The notes under the pieces are model-generated. The model was given only the letters and a program-made list of their open reading frames with translations. It made no database searches and was not told the DNA's origin. From Planctomycetota bacterium (lineage in GTDB: Bacteria; Planctomycetota; UBA1135; GCA-002686595): a stretch of 64,000 nt of DNA. Shown here one piece after another: positions 1-10,941 of the stretch. Both the position numbers and the translations under genes were made by a program. The stretch covers positions 35,610-99,609 of the forward strand of contig JBLFWN010000006.1 of the NCBI GenBank assembly GCA_047611405.1, given 5' to 3'. How positions within the stretch are numbered: the stretch's first letter is position 1; each line of letters begins with the position of its first letter.

Positions 1-682
1 GCTCACAGGACTGCCCACCGTTGACTTCTTCACCATTGACCCACAAGCGCACCTCACCATTGATTGCGCGAATGTAGTAGTGATTCCATTCCCCTGCGGG
101 GCGCACGAAGCGGCCTGTCGGGAAGCTACGTGAACTCTTCGGATTGCCCACGTGGTAAGTGCCTCCGCTGTCGTTCGGATAATCGATTTCGGGTGTGAAT
201 GCCTTCATCTTCGAGGCACCGACGGGGAAGACATCACCGTGACTCGTGAACCAATCGGAAGGTACGCCCTTTGACTTCTCCCAGTTCTCCTCATAGCCCA
301 AGTCCAGTACTTGCACTTCGATACCACTGCGTGGCAGCTGGCCGGCGGGCAGGTCCGTGAATGCCGACTCGGGACACCATAGAAAGACGCCCGAGTTCCC
401 GGCGTGTGTGTGGTGCTTCCACTCGACGACCATCTCGAAGTTGGTGTACGGCTGCTTCGTCCGTGCCCCACCGAGCGGCTTACCCGTACAAGTGATGACA
501 CCGTCCACTTCCGTCCAGGTATCTGGAGTTCCGTTCACATTGACTAGGTCCGACAGGCTGAGTTGCTGCCATCCGGCACCGTCGATGAAAGCCTTCGAGA
601 GGTCGTTCGATTGCGATACATACGTCGACACAGCAGCTGTCATCAACGCAAGGATGGGCAAGGATCGGAGATTGGGGATCAT
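1..682 (-). CDS. DUF1080-family (3-keto-disaccharide hydrolase-like) secreted protein, 3' end beyond window start
   Basis: Absent from the ORF track because it runs off the window. My minus-strand translation from ATG at 682 is stop-free to base 1: MIPNLRSLPILALMTAAVSTYVS...WTEVDGVITCTGKPLGGARTKQPYTNFEMVVEWKHHTHAGNSGVFLW...EVQVLD...GEWNHYYIRAINGEVRLWVNGEEV. This is the DUF1080 pattern with a signal-like N-terminus. Paralogue of 10942-11646. Confidence 0.8.
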   Translation of the reverse strand, partial: MIPNLRSLPILALMTAAVSTYVSQSNDLSKAFIDGAGWQQLSLSDLVNVNGTPDTWTEVDGVITCTGKPLGGARTKQPYTNFEMVVEWKHHTHAGNSGVFLWCPESAFTDLPAGQLPRSGIEVQVLDLGYEENWEKSKGVPSDWFTSHGDVFPVGASKMKAFTPEIDYPNDSGGTYHVGNPKSSRSFPTGRFVRPAGEWNHYYIRAINGEVRLWVNGEEVNGGQSCE

Positions 683-1023
683 CAGCTTGGTTTCCGCGGG
701 GCTTGTTCAGGTGAGACTCGAATGCCACAAGAATAGCTCCGCGCGACGTGATGTCTGCCCCAATCGGGCGAAGCCCGCCCTTCGATCGCTGGAGCCCGCT
801 CTTCCGCCATATCCCTTTGGCCCCCTCCTGCACGTATCCAGGCGCTGTACCCAGCCACAAAGGCGCGGCATTGCGACCGAGTAGGGTCGATTGCGGGTCA
901 GGAATCGCTAGTATCTGCGGCTCGCAAGCGGGTCGCAAACTCATGTGGCAAGCTTGACGCATGGCCCGATCCTCGCCGGTTCGGCCTAGAGACGCTCGGA
1001 CGCCTCACCTCACTGCACATCCC

Positions 1024-1389
1024 ATGGACGAGATTCGCATACCCGACAAGCTTCGACAGTGGATAAGTGCGCGCGAACGATTTGGGCTGTCGCATGCCGA
1101 TGTCCAGATGGGCCGCGAGTTGGGCTTCAATCCCCGCAAGCTCGGTGAGAAGGCAAAGAAGCAAGAGCCCGAAGTGACCGTCGTGGAACTGATCCAGAAG
1201 AGCTTCGTCGCCCGATTTAAGAAGGAGTGCCCCGAGCAGGCCATGTCGATCGAGGATCGCGCCAGCGAGATCGCAGACAAGAGGATGGGCAAGCAGATGG
1301 AGCGCCACTCTCAACGGGCGGATCCGCCGAAGTCGGGTAGAAGAGGCAAGAGGTCCGGCCCCGACAGGGACACTTCTCGGGACTCCTGA
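1024..1389 (+). CDS. hypothetical small basic protein
   Basis: Inside ORF 961-1389. ATG at 1024 gives MDEIRIPDKLRQWISARERFGLSHADVQMGRELGFNPRKLG... Third-position GC is high, like neighbouring genes. No family recognised. Confidence 0.55.
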   Translation: MDEIRIPDKLRQWISARERFGLSHADVQMGRELGFNPRKLGEKAKKQEPEVTVVELIQKSFVARFKKECPEQAMSIEDRASEIADKRMGKQMERHSQRADPPKSGRRGKRSGPDRDTSRDS

Positions 1390-1505
1390 AGTTGCGCTCG
1401 ATACCGGCCTTCGAACTATCGCGCGTTTACGCTGGCTGACGGACTAAGTGGCCCAGCACGGGAGTTCGACTTCCTGCAGCTCATCAGCACAACTCACGCC
1501 CAAGA

Positions 1506-1547
1506 CGAATGGAGCTCCGCTGGTACAGACCAGCGGAGCTCCATTCG
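1506..1547. repeat. perfect 19-bp inverted repeat with 4-nt loop (stem-loop); possible bidirectional terminator
   Basis: Read directly: CGAATGGAGCTCCGCTGGT-ACAG-ACCAGCGGAGCTCCATTCG. It lies 117 nt after the stop at 1389. No U-tract on either side. Confidence 0.5.
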
Positions 1548-2145
1548 CTTATGAGCAAGCAGCGAGGGGCGAGTTCGCCCCGCGCATCGATAACCTCGCC
1601 TCACTCTTCGGTTCGACCGTGCTTCGCATCGGGTGCGTCGAAGCTCGCGAATGCGTCCTCTAACTCCGTGCTGACATCGGCTGGCAATACACTGGAGACA
1701 GGTTCACCAACCCTTGCGGGTGATGCCCATTCAGCCTGTGCAGGGGTGAAATTCTAAGACCAAGGATCCGAGCACAATGCCGCCCATCACATCGCCAATG
1801 CGGTGCGACTCAGCGTCCATTCGCTGAAAGGCCGTGCCCATCACCTGCAAGCTCGGGCAAAGATAGAGTCCCGCCTCACCCTTTCCTGCCTTGTTCATTT
1901 GGCCGAACCTGCCAAGTTAGGAAGCGAGGACATCTGCCACGAGTTCTACGCACTCGATGTCACGAGGAGTTCACAAGAGGCGTGGCCGGAGCCTCCGCCT
2001 GAGCTGATCAGCGATTTAGCGCGTGGTATTCAGAAACCAGCGCTTTCCCGAGCAGTGCTTGCCGCGATCCGATCTCGCCGGATAATCTGCTCACCGGCCG
2101 GCACCGTCGTCCACTTCAGCGTCACCCCAATCGAGAGAAGCTCCC

Positions 2146-2901
2146 GTGCGTACCGCCAACCCCGCCCTCAACGACAAGACCTTCCGCAGATTCGAGAACG
2201 ATCCCGCCTACGCTGTCGGAGAATCGACCACGATGACCCTCGAGGGAACCGTGGTCCGAACGGGCTTGCTGATGTGCATCCTCGTGATCACGGCAGCCGC
2301 AACATGGACGCGCACGATGGACGCCGGCAGCTACGGCGGGGTCGCGCCTTGGATGATCGGCGGCGCCATTGGAGGCTTGATACTGGGACTGATCATCTCG
2401 TTCAAGCCGACGACAGCTCCCATGCTGTCGCCGCTCTACGCAGCGGCTGAAGGACTGTTCCTGGGGGCATTGTCCGCAATGGCTCATCTGCGATACCCCG
2501 GTATCGCATGGCAAGCCATCACGCTGACAATGGGCGTCGCGCTCTCGCTGCTCATCGCCTATAGCACGCGCATGATTCGGCCATCCGAGAACTTCAAACT
2601 CGGAATCGCTGCTGCCACCGGCGGAATTTTCATGGTGTACGGGCTCTCTTTCGTGTTGAGCTTCTTCGGAATCCAGATGCCGTACCTTCACTCATCGGGA
2701 CCGATTGGGATCGGTATCAGTGTCGTGATCGTGATCATCGCCGCGTTGAACCTGGTCTTGGACTTCGACTTCATCGAGAACGGTGTCGAGAAGGGAGCCC
2801 CCAAGTACATGGAATGGGTGGCCGCGTTCGGCCTAATGGTCACCTTGATTTGGCTCTACATCGAAATCCTGCACCTGCTAATGAAGCTGCGCGAACGGTA
2901 G
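2146..2901 (+). CDS. Bax inhibitor-1/YccA-like (BaxI_1) integral membrane protein
   Basis: 251-aa ORF with a GTG start preceded by GAGAGAAG. The N-terminus MRTANPALNDKTFRRF is typical of the family and is followed by multiple hydrophobic helices. Confidence 0.8.
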   Translation: MRTANPALNDKTFRRFENDPAYAVGESTTMTLEGTVVRTGLLMCILVITAAATWTRTMDAGSYGGVAPWMIGGAIGGLILGLIISFKPTTAPMLSPLYAAAEGLFLGALSAMAHLRYPGIAWQAITLTMGVALSLLIAYSTRMIRPSENFKLGIAAATGGIFMVYGLSFVLSFFGIQMPYLHSSGPIGIGISVVIVIIAALNLVLDFDFIENGVEKGAPKYMEWVAAFGLMVTLIWLYIEILHLLMKLRER

Positions 2902-2964
2902 CAGCGGCTGCTTGGAAAGAGCTGAAACACGGCCGCACGAGCAACACACAACACAATCATCATC

Positions 2965-3348
2965 ATGGTCGACCCCCCTCGTATCCGCCGTGGACGCAAT
3001 GTCCTAGGCCAACCGCTCAAGCCTTGCTGTACAGATCCGTTGACGGGCTTTTACCGCGACGGGTACTGCCGTACCGGTCGCGATGACCGCGGGCTTCACA
3101 CGGTCTGCACGAAAGTCACGGCTGAGTTCCTCGAGTACTCGAAGAGAACCGGCAATGATTTATCGACGCCACGGCCGGAGTTCGGCTTTCGTGGTTTGCG
3201 TCCCGGGGATTGCTGGTGTGTGTGCGTCGAGCGTTGGGTCGATGCCTTCCGCAACGGCGCAGCTTGCCCTATCGTGCTCGAAGCGACCCACTTCTCGGTA
3301 CTCGAGTTCGTGGATATGGAAGATCTGCAAGAGCTCGCCGCGGAGTGA
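2965..3348 (+). CDS. DUF2237 family protein
   Basis: 127 aa. NVLGQPLKPCCTDPLTGFYRDGYCRTGRDDRGLHTVCTKVTAEFLEYSKRTGNDLSTPRPEFGFRGLRPGDCWCVC matches the DUF2237 signature as I remember it. Confidence 0.8.
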   Translation: MVDPPRIRRGRNVLGQPLKPCCTDPLTGFYRDGYCRTGRDDRGLHTVCTKVTAEFLEYSKRTGNDLSTPRPEFGFRGLRPGDCWCVCVERWVDAFRNGAACPIVLEATHFSVLEFVDMEDLQELAAE

Positions 3349-3392
3349 CTGCCACCGAAGAGTGACGAGCGTTGGCTATGGGACGATGTCCT

Positions 3393-4009
3393 TTAGCTAG
3401 CTAGGGCGGGGGCTTGGAAATTCCGAGTCATGCATGACTCGAGCTCGCCATGCTCGATGGACCGAATTCGGATGCTTCCGTTCGAGAGGATTAGCCCGAG
3501 CTCTTTGCCATCGTCTAGTAGCTCGAGCGGAATCACCAATTGAATGGCTCCCCGTTCAAGCGCCAGGGTGGCCAGGCTACGCTCGCCTCCTCTTCCGCCG
3601 CGCGCGATCAGATGCAGGGAAGCCTGCGTGTGGGATGAGATGCTCATGCGAAGGGCCGCACTGTCCAGCAGAAGCCGACCGAAGAACATCAAATGGTGCG
3701 CGCCTTCGGCAACCGTGAAGCCAGCCGCGCGGCGGCGGCACGAGTTGACTCCATAGGTAATGACTTCATCGCCGACCGCTACGCCGCGGACCTCCGATCC
3801 AACCACGACTACGACACCTGCTGAATCCGTCCCTAAAATGTGAGTCAACGGAATGCGCACTCGCGGCAATCCGATTCTGGCCCAGATGTCATTGGAGTTC
3901 AGCACAGCCGCTTTAATCTGAATGACGACTTCCGTCGAACCGGGTCCGGCACATCCCCGTACTCGAGCACTTCAGGGGCACCATGCTGTTCAAAGAAAAC
4001 GGCCCTCAT
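3393..4009 (-). pseudogene. quinone oxidoreductase / Zn-alcohol-dehydrogenase (MDR) family remnant, frameshifted and shortened
   Basis: Minus-strand ATG at 4009 gives MRAVFFEQHGAPEVLEYGDVPDP and then hits a stop. The continuation EVVIQIKAAVLNSNDIWARIGLP..PLTHILGTDSAGVVVVVGSEVRGVAVGDEV (ORF 3393-3905) is in another frame, so there is at least one frameshift near 3910-3945. The nucleotide-binding half is short and degenerate: about 200 aa in total versus about 325 expected. Confidence 0.5.
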
Positions 4010-4483
4010 CGCATCGCAGCAGAATCAGTCGCGACGAGGAGGCCAAACTCATGGGGCATGAGCTGACGACTGCGTGGCGCATTGCGCGGTAGGAAGCTTG
4101 GCCACTGGCTTTAGCCGCCGGCGCTTGCAGGGACGCAAGGGCGTGCGACGTGGAGGAGTGAGGTGAAAGGGGCTCCACTTGCGTTCAAGAGGGGAGGATG
4201 GAGCCGAATCTGTATACGGAACGAGGCCAGAGTGCGCTGATTCCTAGAACCCTGTGGGCGGAAGAATGCAAGCATTCCTGATCACAGGACTCCCTCGGCA
4301 CCATTGCGGCCCGGGCAATTGGGGAACCGGACTACCCGCCGTACTGCTTCACAGGCGGATTCACTCCGCGATTGCTCGCGAAGGCTGACCTCCTCTCCTT
4401 GTCCGCGGCAGTACCCACCACTAGCATCCGGATCTTCGCATGTGCAGATTCAGATCCAGGAACCGCCGCCTCACACCATCGCG

Positions 4484-6712
4484 ATGAAATTGCGCCGCTA
4501 CTTGAGCCTCGCACTCTCGCTCGTCGGGAGAGTCAAACGCGCGGCACTGCGCGACCCGAGCCCTGCGGGCCTGTGGGCGATCGGCTGTGACGCGCTCGCT
4601 CTCGGTCGCAACCGTCTACTGTATGGCAAGTGGGCAGTGCGCAGCGAAGAACTGTTCCGCAACGCGAGATCTGCAGCGTGGGGTCTGTTGTCGAAGTTGG
4701 CAGTTCTTCTTCAGCGCAACGCCGCTCTGTCACTGCGCTCGCGCCTACCTGAGCTCGCGACCGGCGACTCCCCCATCGTCGACATCGTCGTTTGTGTACA
4801 CAATGCTCTCGACGACGTGAAGCTCTGCTTGGCGTCCGTACTCGAGCACTGTTCCGCCCGGCAATCCTTGATCATCGTCGACGACGGAAGCGATGCCGAT
4901 TGCAGGGACTACTTGCAGGCCTTCAGCCGTGCGAACGACGCGCTGCTTCGCAGGCATCCATCGGCACGTGGCTACACCAAGGCCGCCAATGCTGGTCTAC
5001 GGGCGAGCTCGGCTCCCTATGTGGTTCTGCTGAACAGCGATACGATCGTCACTCCAGACTGGATCCCGTCGATGCTGGCCTGCATGCGCAGCTCGAGTTC
5101 GATCGCACTGGTCGGGCCGCTATCCAATGCGGCGAGTTGGCAATCCGTTCCCGAATTGCTGGACGCGAAGGGCGACTGGTCCGTCAACCACGATCCAAAA
5201 GGAACGACTCCGAACGAGATGGCGAACATCGTCCGCGCAGCCAGTAAGCACGTCTATCCGCGTGTTTCCTTCCTGAACGGTTTTTGCTTCATGATCGACC
5301 GCAGACTGATCGATACGATCGGTCTGATGGACGAAGATGCCTTCCCACGCGGCTACGGCGAAGAAAACGATTACTGCTTGCGAGCAGGCAATGCGGGTTT
5401 CGAACTCGCGGTCGCGGATCAGACCTACGTTTTCCACAGCAAGTCCAAGAGCTACACGCATGAGGTCAGGCGCGAGCTGGCCGAGAAAGCGGGCAAAATC
5501 TTGCAAGGCAAGCACGGTCGGCTGCGGGTGCGCATCGAGACGACGCGCATGCGGCTCGCGCAGCCCTTGGTCCAAATCCGAACTCGCGTCCGCATCGGCA
5601 TGGCTCGCGCGCGCCTCGACCAGCACCTGAGCGGCAAGCCTGCTGCGCGTGTACTCTTTGTGCTACCCGTGCGCGGCGGCGGTGGTGGTGCGCACTCGAT
5701 CATCCAAGAAGCGCACGGCATGCGCAGCTTGGGTATGGATGCACGCGTCGCAATCAAGGGCATTCATCACGCCGTCTATCGCGACAACTATGCAGCCTTG
5801 CCCGGATTGGAGGCGATATTGCTGCCATTCGATGACGAGCATGAGTTGTCGCGAGCCGCTGCCGGCTTCGATGTCCTGATCGGGACAATGTTCAGTTCAA
5901 TGGCTTTGGTACAGCGCCTTTCAGCGAAGCATGCCGGCCTGCGAGCGGCCTATTACGTACAGGACTACGAGGTGCTGTTCTTCGATAAGTCGAATGAGCA
6001 CTATCACGAAGCACTCGCCTCTTATGAGTTGATCCCCGACGCGTTGCTATTTGCAAAAACCCAGTGGTTGCGCGACCAAGTCTTCGAGCACCACGCTCGT
6101 CAAGTCGCTAAAGTCAGGCCCAGTGTGGATACGAGCATCTACCACACCGACCCGAGCGCTAGGCGCGAGCCCGACCGAGTGCGCGTGGTCGCGATGATTC
6201 GGCCGAGCACTCCGCGACGCTCCCCAGCAATGACGCTGCGAGTGCTCGAGCGACTGGCCAAGGAGTTCGGTACGCGCGTGGACCTTCAAATCTTCGGTGC
6301 GACAAGATCCTTGATGCGCTCGAACGGTCTCTATCCGAGCGCCTGTATTCGCCAGAAAGGCCTCCTGGTTCGGGAAGCCGTCGCCGAGTTACTCCAAGCG
6401 TCCGACATCTTCGTCGACCTCTCGACCTATCAAGCATTCGGACGGACCGGCCTCGAAGCAATGGCCTGTGGATGTGCAGTCATTCTCCCGCGCCGAGGTG
6501 GAACGGATGAATACGCGCGCCACGAGGGCAACTCGCTCTTGGTTGACACTTCCGATGAAGAGGCTTGCTACCAGCAGCTCGTAAGATTGACGGATGACTC
6601 GTCACTGCGAAACAAGCTGCGCGCCCAAGGTTTGGCAACGGCGGCACCGTATTCGATCGAGGCTGCAGCTCTTTCGGAGGCGATGGTGCTGGCGGACTTC
6701 ATTCACGACTGA
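4484..6712 (+). CDS. two-domain glycosyltransferase (GT2 N-half fused to GT1/GT4-type C-half)
   Basis: ORF 4304-6712; the likely start is ATG 4484 (MKLRRYLSL). GT2 motifs: VDIVVCVHNALDDVKLCLASV, IIVDDGSDADC, LLNSDTIV, EENDYCLRAGNAGF. GT1/GT4 motif in the C-half: FGRTGLEAMACGCAVILPRRGGTDEYARHEGNSLLVD. Confidence 0.8.
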   Translation: MKLRRYLSLALSLVGRVKRAALRDPSPAGLWAIGCDALALGRNRLLYGKWAVRSEELFRNARSAAWGLLSKLAVLLQRNAALSLRSRLPELATGDSPIVDIVVCVHNALDDVKLCLASVLEHCSARQSLIIVDDGSDADCRDYLQAFSRANDALLRRHPSARGYTKAANAGLRASSAPYVVLLNSDTIVTPDWIPSMLACMRSSSSIALVGPLSNAASWQSVPELLDAKGDWSVNHDPKGTTPNEMANIVRAASKHVYPRVSFLNGFCFMIDRRLIDTIGLMDEDAFPRGYGEENDYCLRAGNAGFELAVADQTYVFHSKSKSYTHEVRRELAEKAGKILQGKHGRLRVRIETTRMRLAQPLVQIRTRVRIGMARARLDQHLSGKPAARVLFVLPVRGGGGGAHSIIQEAHGMRSLGMDARVAIKGIHHAVYRDNYAALPGLEAILLPFDDEHELSRAAAGFDVLIGTMFSSMALVQRLSAKHAGLRAAYYVQDYEVLFFDKSNEHYHEALASYELIPDALLFAKTQWLRDQVFEHHARQVAKVRPSVDTSIYHTDPSARREPDRVRVVAMIRPSTPRRSPAMTLRVLERLAKEFGTRVDLQIFGATRSLMRSNGLYPSACIRQKGLLVREAVAELLQASDIFVDLSTYQAFGRTGLEAMACGCAVILPRRGGTDEYARHEGNSLLVDTSDEEACYQQLVRLTDDSSLRNKLRAQGLATAAPYSIEAAALSEAMVLADFIHD

Positions 6713-7028
6713 GTCGAGTCACGCGCAGCAAGATCAAGGGCACATGAAGGCCCTCCTTGGTGGCCGCTTCCGCTTGCGAAGCCCAGTGCTTCGCCCGCAG
6801 TTCAGCGTCCCGATTCCGCAGCTCAGCCTCGATCACATTCCCAGGGCGCAGAGACCTGTCACAACTGCAAAAAAGCGAGCACTTTGACCTAGCTCGTATC
6901 CTTGGCCGTGCTCGTTTCGCGCATAATGGCGGGCTTGCACGATCCGAATTAGGGATCAAATCGGAGGGTCATGCCACGAGCTTGTCGGCTGACCGGATTG
7001 CCCAGCGAGGCATCGAAGGAACACAGGA

Positions 7029-9254
7029 ATGTCGGCCAGAATCACTTGGACCCAAATCGACGAGGCGCCCGCCCTCGCTACTCACTGCTTCCTGCCGGTC
7101 GTGCAGGCCTTCACGAAGGGCACCGGGGTCGAAATTGAGACGGCGGATATTTCCTTGGCCGGCCGCATCCTGGCGAACTTCCCGGAAGGCTTGAGCGAGT
7201 CGCAGCGTGTGCCCGACGAGCTCAGCCGACTCGGCAAGCTCGCGATGACGCCCGAGGCCAACATCGTCAAGCTGCCCAACATCAGCGCATCCATCCCGCA
7301 GCTCCAAGACACCATCGCCGAGCTGCGCGGACAAGGCTTCGAAGTGCCCGAGTATCCGGAAGAGCCGAAGAACGACGAAGAGCGCGCGTTGCAGACTCGC
7401 TTCGCGAGCGTTCTTGGCTCGGCTGTGAATCCCGTTCTTCGAGAAGGTAACTCGGACCGCCGACCCGCCACTTCCGTCAAGTCCTTCGCTCAGAAGCATC
7501 CGCACAAGATGATGCAAGACTGGCCGAAGTCTGGCTCAAAGACCCGCATCGCTCACATGAGCGAAAAGGACTTCTTCGGAAGCGAGACATCCACGACGCT
7601 GTCCTCGGCTACCGAGGCGCGTATCGAGTTCGTCGCTACGGATGGCACGACATCGACGCTGAAGAATGCCGTCGCGTTGCTCGCGGGCGAGGTCATCGAT
7701 TCGGCCGTGATGAACGTCGCAGCGCTGCGCCAGTTCTACGCTTCCGAAATGGAGCTGACCAAAGAGGACGGATCTCTGCTGTCGCTGCACTTGAAGGCGA
7801 CGATGATGAAGGTGTCCGACCCCGCGATGTTCGGTCACTGCGTGTCGGTTTACTACGCCGAAGCACTCGACAAGCACGCGGCCAGTTTGGAAGAGATCGG
7901 TGCGAACGTGAGCAACGGCTTGGCCGATGTACTCGACAAGCTGAGCCGCTTGCCGGACGACAAGCGGGCCGAGATCGAAGCAGACATCGATGCTTGCTAC
8001 TTGAAGCGCCCGGCGCTGGCGATGGTCGATTCGCGCAAAGGCATCACAAACTTGCACGTGCCGAACAACGTCATTGTCGACGCCTCCGTGCCCGTCGTCG
8101 TGCGCGATGGTGGCCGGATGTGGAACTCGAAGGACGAGTTGCAGGATACCGTCGCGATGATTCCGGATCGCTCCTACGCGACGATGTACCAGACGGTGAT
8201 CGATGACTGCCAAAAGCATGGACAGTTCGACCCAGCCACCATGGGTAGCGTTGCCAACGTCGGCCTGATGGCCAAAAAGGCTGAAGAGTACGGATCGCAC
8301 GACAAGACCTTCTTCGCACAGGGCGAAGGCGCCATTCGAGTCGTCGATGCCGAAAACAACGTCTTGCTGGAGCAAAACGTCCAAAGCGGTGACATCTTCC
8401 GCATGTGCCAGACCAAGGATGTCGCCATCCAGGACTGGGTCAAGCTGGCCGTTACGCGGGCCCGTGCATCGGGCTCACCGGCTGTCTTCTGGCTCGATCG
8501 CGACCGCGGTCATGACACTCAGCTGTGTGCGAAAGTCGAGCAATACCTGACCGAGCACGACACCAATGGCTTGGACATCAGCATTCAGAAGCCCGTTGAC
8601 GCGATGGCCTTCTCGCTCGAACGAGTGCGTAAGGGTGAGAACACGATCGCGATCACCGGCAATGTGCTACGTGACTACTTGACCGACCTATTCCCGATTC
8701 TCGAGCTGGGAACCAGCGCGCGCATGCTATCGATCGTGCCCTTGCTCAAGGGCGGCGGCTTGTTCGAAACGGGCGCGGGAGGCTCGGCACCGAAGCACGT
8801 CCAACAGTTCCTGAAGGAAGGGCACCTGCGCTGGGACTCGCTCGGCGAATACTGTGCACTCGTCCCTTCTCTTGAGAAGTTTGCCGAGACATCGGGCAAC
8901 CCGCGCGCCACTTTGCTGGCCAAGACGCTCGACCAAGCGGTCGGCAACTATCTCGAGCATGCGCGCTACCCGTCGCGCAAAGTAGGCGAGATCGACAACC
9001 GAGGATCGAGCTTCTACTTGACCATGTACTGGGCCCAAGCACTGGCAGGCCAGGATGAAGACGGAGAGCTCAAGGCTCGCTTCACACCAGTCGCCGAGGC
9101 GCTGCAAGCGGGCGAGGATACGATCAACGAAGAGCTGTTGGCCGCGCAGGGTCAAGCCATTGATTTGGCCGGCTACTACCGACCGGATGCCGCTGCTGCT
9201 GCCGCCGCGATGCGACCCAGCGCGACCCTGAACGCGATCATCGACGGTTTATAG
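7029..9254 (+). CDS. icd: NADP-dependent isocitrate dehydrogenase, monomeric type
   Basis: 741 aa. The length and the N-terminus [28 protein letters not shown] are characteristic of monomeric IDH. There is a continuous high-GC3 frame. Confidence 0.95.
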   Translation: MSARITWTQIDEAPALATHCFLPVVQAFTKGTGVEIETADISLAGRILANFPEGLSESQRVPDELSRLGKLAMTPEANIVKLPNISASIPQLQDTIAELRGQGFEVPEYPEEPKNDEERALQTRFASVLGSAVNPVLREGNSDRRPATSVKSFAQKHPHKMMQDWPKSGSKTRIAHMSEKDFFGSETSTTLSSATEARIEFVATDGTTSTLKNAVALLAGEVIDSAVMNVAALRQFYASEMELTKEDGSLLSLHLKATMMKVSDPAMFGHCVSVYYAEALDKHAASLEEIGANVSNGLADVLDKLSRLPDDKRAEIEADIDACYLKRPALAMVDSRKGITNLHVPNNVIVDASVPVVVRDGGRMWNSKDELQDTVAMIPDRSYATMYQTVIDDCQKHGQFDPATMGSVANVGLMAKKAEEYGSHDKTFFAQGEGAIRVVDAENNVLLEQNVQSGDIFRMCQTKDVAIQDWVKLAVTRARASGSPAVFWLDRDRGHDTQLCAKVEQYLTEHDTNGLDISIQKPVDAMAFSLERVRKGENTIAITGNVLRDYLTDLFPILELGTSARMLSIVPLLKGGGLFETGAGGSAPKHVQQFLKEGHLRWDSLGEYCALVPSLEKFAETSGNPRATLLAKTLDQAVGNYLEHARYPSRKVGEIDNRGSSFYLTMYWAQALAGQDEDGELKARFTPVAEALQAGEDTINEELLAAQGQAIDLAGYYRPDAAAAAAAMRPSATLNAIIDGL

Positions 9255-9303
9255 TCGAGAGATTCTCGCGACCCTATACACCCCCGCTCGAGGCTGGCTC
9301 CCC

Positions 9304-10397
9304 TTATGGGGCTGCGCCGAGCAGGGGTGCTTTCATATCTGGGTGACCCTGCTCAAAACAGAGCTGCGGGCACTGCGGCCAAAGCTTCCACGGCCACCAG
9401 CCCCGACTTCGCCCACGCCTACACTCTTCCTGCACTCCCTCGCACCAAAGCCGCCGGGCTTGTAGGCGCATATGAGCGCGTCGCAGTCGGTGAACTCGAG
9501 CGGATAGGCGGACGATGACTTCAATGTGCTCGTCCTCACCGATTCCAGTTTTGATTGCGGCGATCCCGTATATATCGAAAGTCGAAATGCTCGAGAGCAC
9601 TACGCCATTGCGATCCACGACCGACATCGCACCCGTATGCCAAATTGCTGCCTCAGAGTAGTTCTGATCTCCGTTTCAATCTATCAGGAGGACATCTTCG
9701 ATTCCGGCCGAGGCTGAATTCGATTGCCCGACATCGGTCAGATAGGTCGCAAACTCGGGATCCAATGTGGCCCAGTGCAAAATCCCCGCTGCACAGTCGA
9801 CGACGACTAGGTTGCGCTCGGAGTCGCTCGCGCCAACTCTAGTGCGAACGTGATCGGCGTTGCTCCAAGCCCCGGAGATCGTTGTTCCAGACCAGCCCAT
9901 GGTCTCTAGCTGCTTAGCTACCAATCCACGATCACTGATCGTAAACGCGTATCCCGTTCGCCGAGTTCAGGGCCTCGAACGACGGCGATGCTCGTCGTAC
10001 CTTGACCAGAGAAGCCTACCCATTCACCGGTTCCGTGAAGAGGAGAGACGTACAACGGATGACCGTTATCGATCAGTAATAGGTCATCACCTTGATCACC
10101 GTTGAAGTCGCCGGCTCGCGCATCAGAAACGTCAGTGACGTCTCCAACGGCCGCCGGCATCCCACTTGCATGCCAGAACTTGAAGTCTGCCGCATCGCTT
10201 GATTGCGCGCTGCCACTGCGGACAGTGCTGCGAGCGTAATGGCTCTCGAATAGGAGGAAGATTTCATCGAGGATATAGGTGGAGGGATGGGAACTTGCGA
10301 AACCGAGGCCGGCTAATGAAATCTCTGCAGTGAGCTCGAATCCGGGTAGGCCACGATTTGATCTCGCCAACGCAAAGGCACTTTGAATGCAGTTCAT
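9304..10397 (-). pseudogene. FG-GAP/VCBS-like repeat protein remnant (frameshift plus in-frame TGA)
   Basis: Three minus-strand ORF pieces: 9918-10397, 9676-9924 and 9304-9627. Repeat motifs are ARAGDFNGDQGDDLLLIDNG and IEDVLLID(TGA)NGDQN. The first junction changes frame. The second is an in-frame TGA at 9676-9678. The C-terminal part looks non-protein-like, so more lesions are likely. Confidence 0.4.
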
Positions 10398-10941
10398 GAG
10401 TCCAGGTGAGCCGCCGAGCGAAAAACTCCCGCAGCAATAGGAGAGAAGACTCGGGCGGATTGGAGACCTTCACTCGAGTCCCGCCGGCCCTACATTCCCC
10501 ATGAGCAAGTCGTACTTCTGGAGACTGGCCGCACTCATCTCTATCCGGATCGGGCGCAGCGGCGCTCAACTTGCTAGTCGCCTGGGCAGCGGTTGGTCAC
10601 GGTAGATTCCGTAGTGCTCTCGTCGTGCAAACACGAAGCGCTCGAGGCCTCCGCCTTCTCTCCGATGCCTCCCCACGCCAGGGCTTCGGCCGGCGACTCA
10701 GACTGGCATGCAAGCTGCCCCTCCTACTCTGAATCGAACTAAACAATGCCGCGAGCCGCCGCATGCCTGTCGGACCGCGACTCACAGCGCTAGCAAAAAA
10801 TCGCCTCTCACGTGCCCTCACCCCCACTAAGTCGCGATCCATGAGATTCGCGCGCCGCACTGCGAACGTAGGCAGTCTCGAATAGTATCCTCTGCGCCGG
10901 AGCCCTCATCACCCTTAGTCAACCCAAGCCCTCTTGAATCG

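Noticed and set aside
1731-1898. A short minus-strand ORF with PAP2-phosphatase-like motif remnants (PSLQVMGTAF...QRMDAESHRIGDVMGGIVLGS), plus possible KxxxxxxRP-like debris upstream to about 2120.
   Set aside because: It is only about 55 codons, the catalytic residues are replaced, and the upstream part is in broken frames. It is too weak to annotate, although it may be one more gene remnant.
10330-10355. A tRNA-like T-loop string (GAGCTCGAATCCGGGTAGG).
   Set aside because: No matching T-stem, acceptor stem or anticodon arm could be drawn, and it lies inside the FG-GAP-like pseudogene frame.
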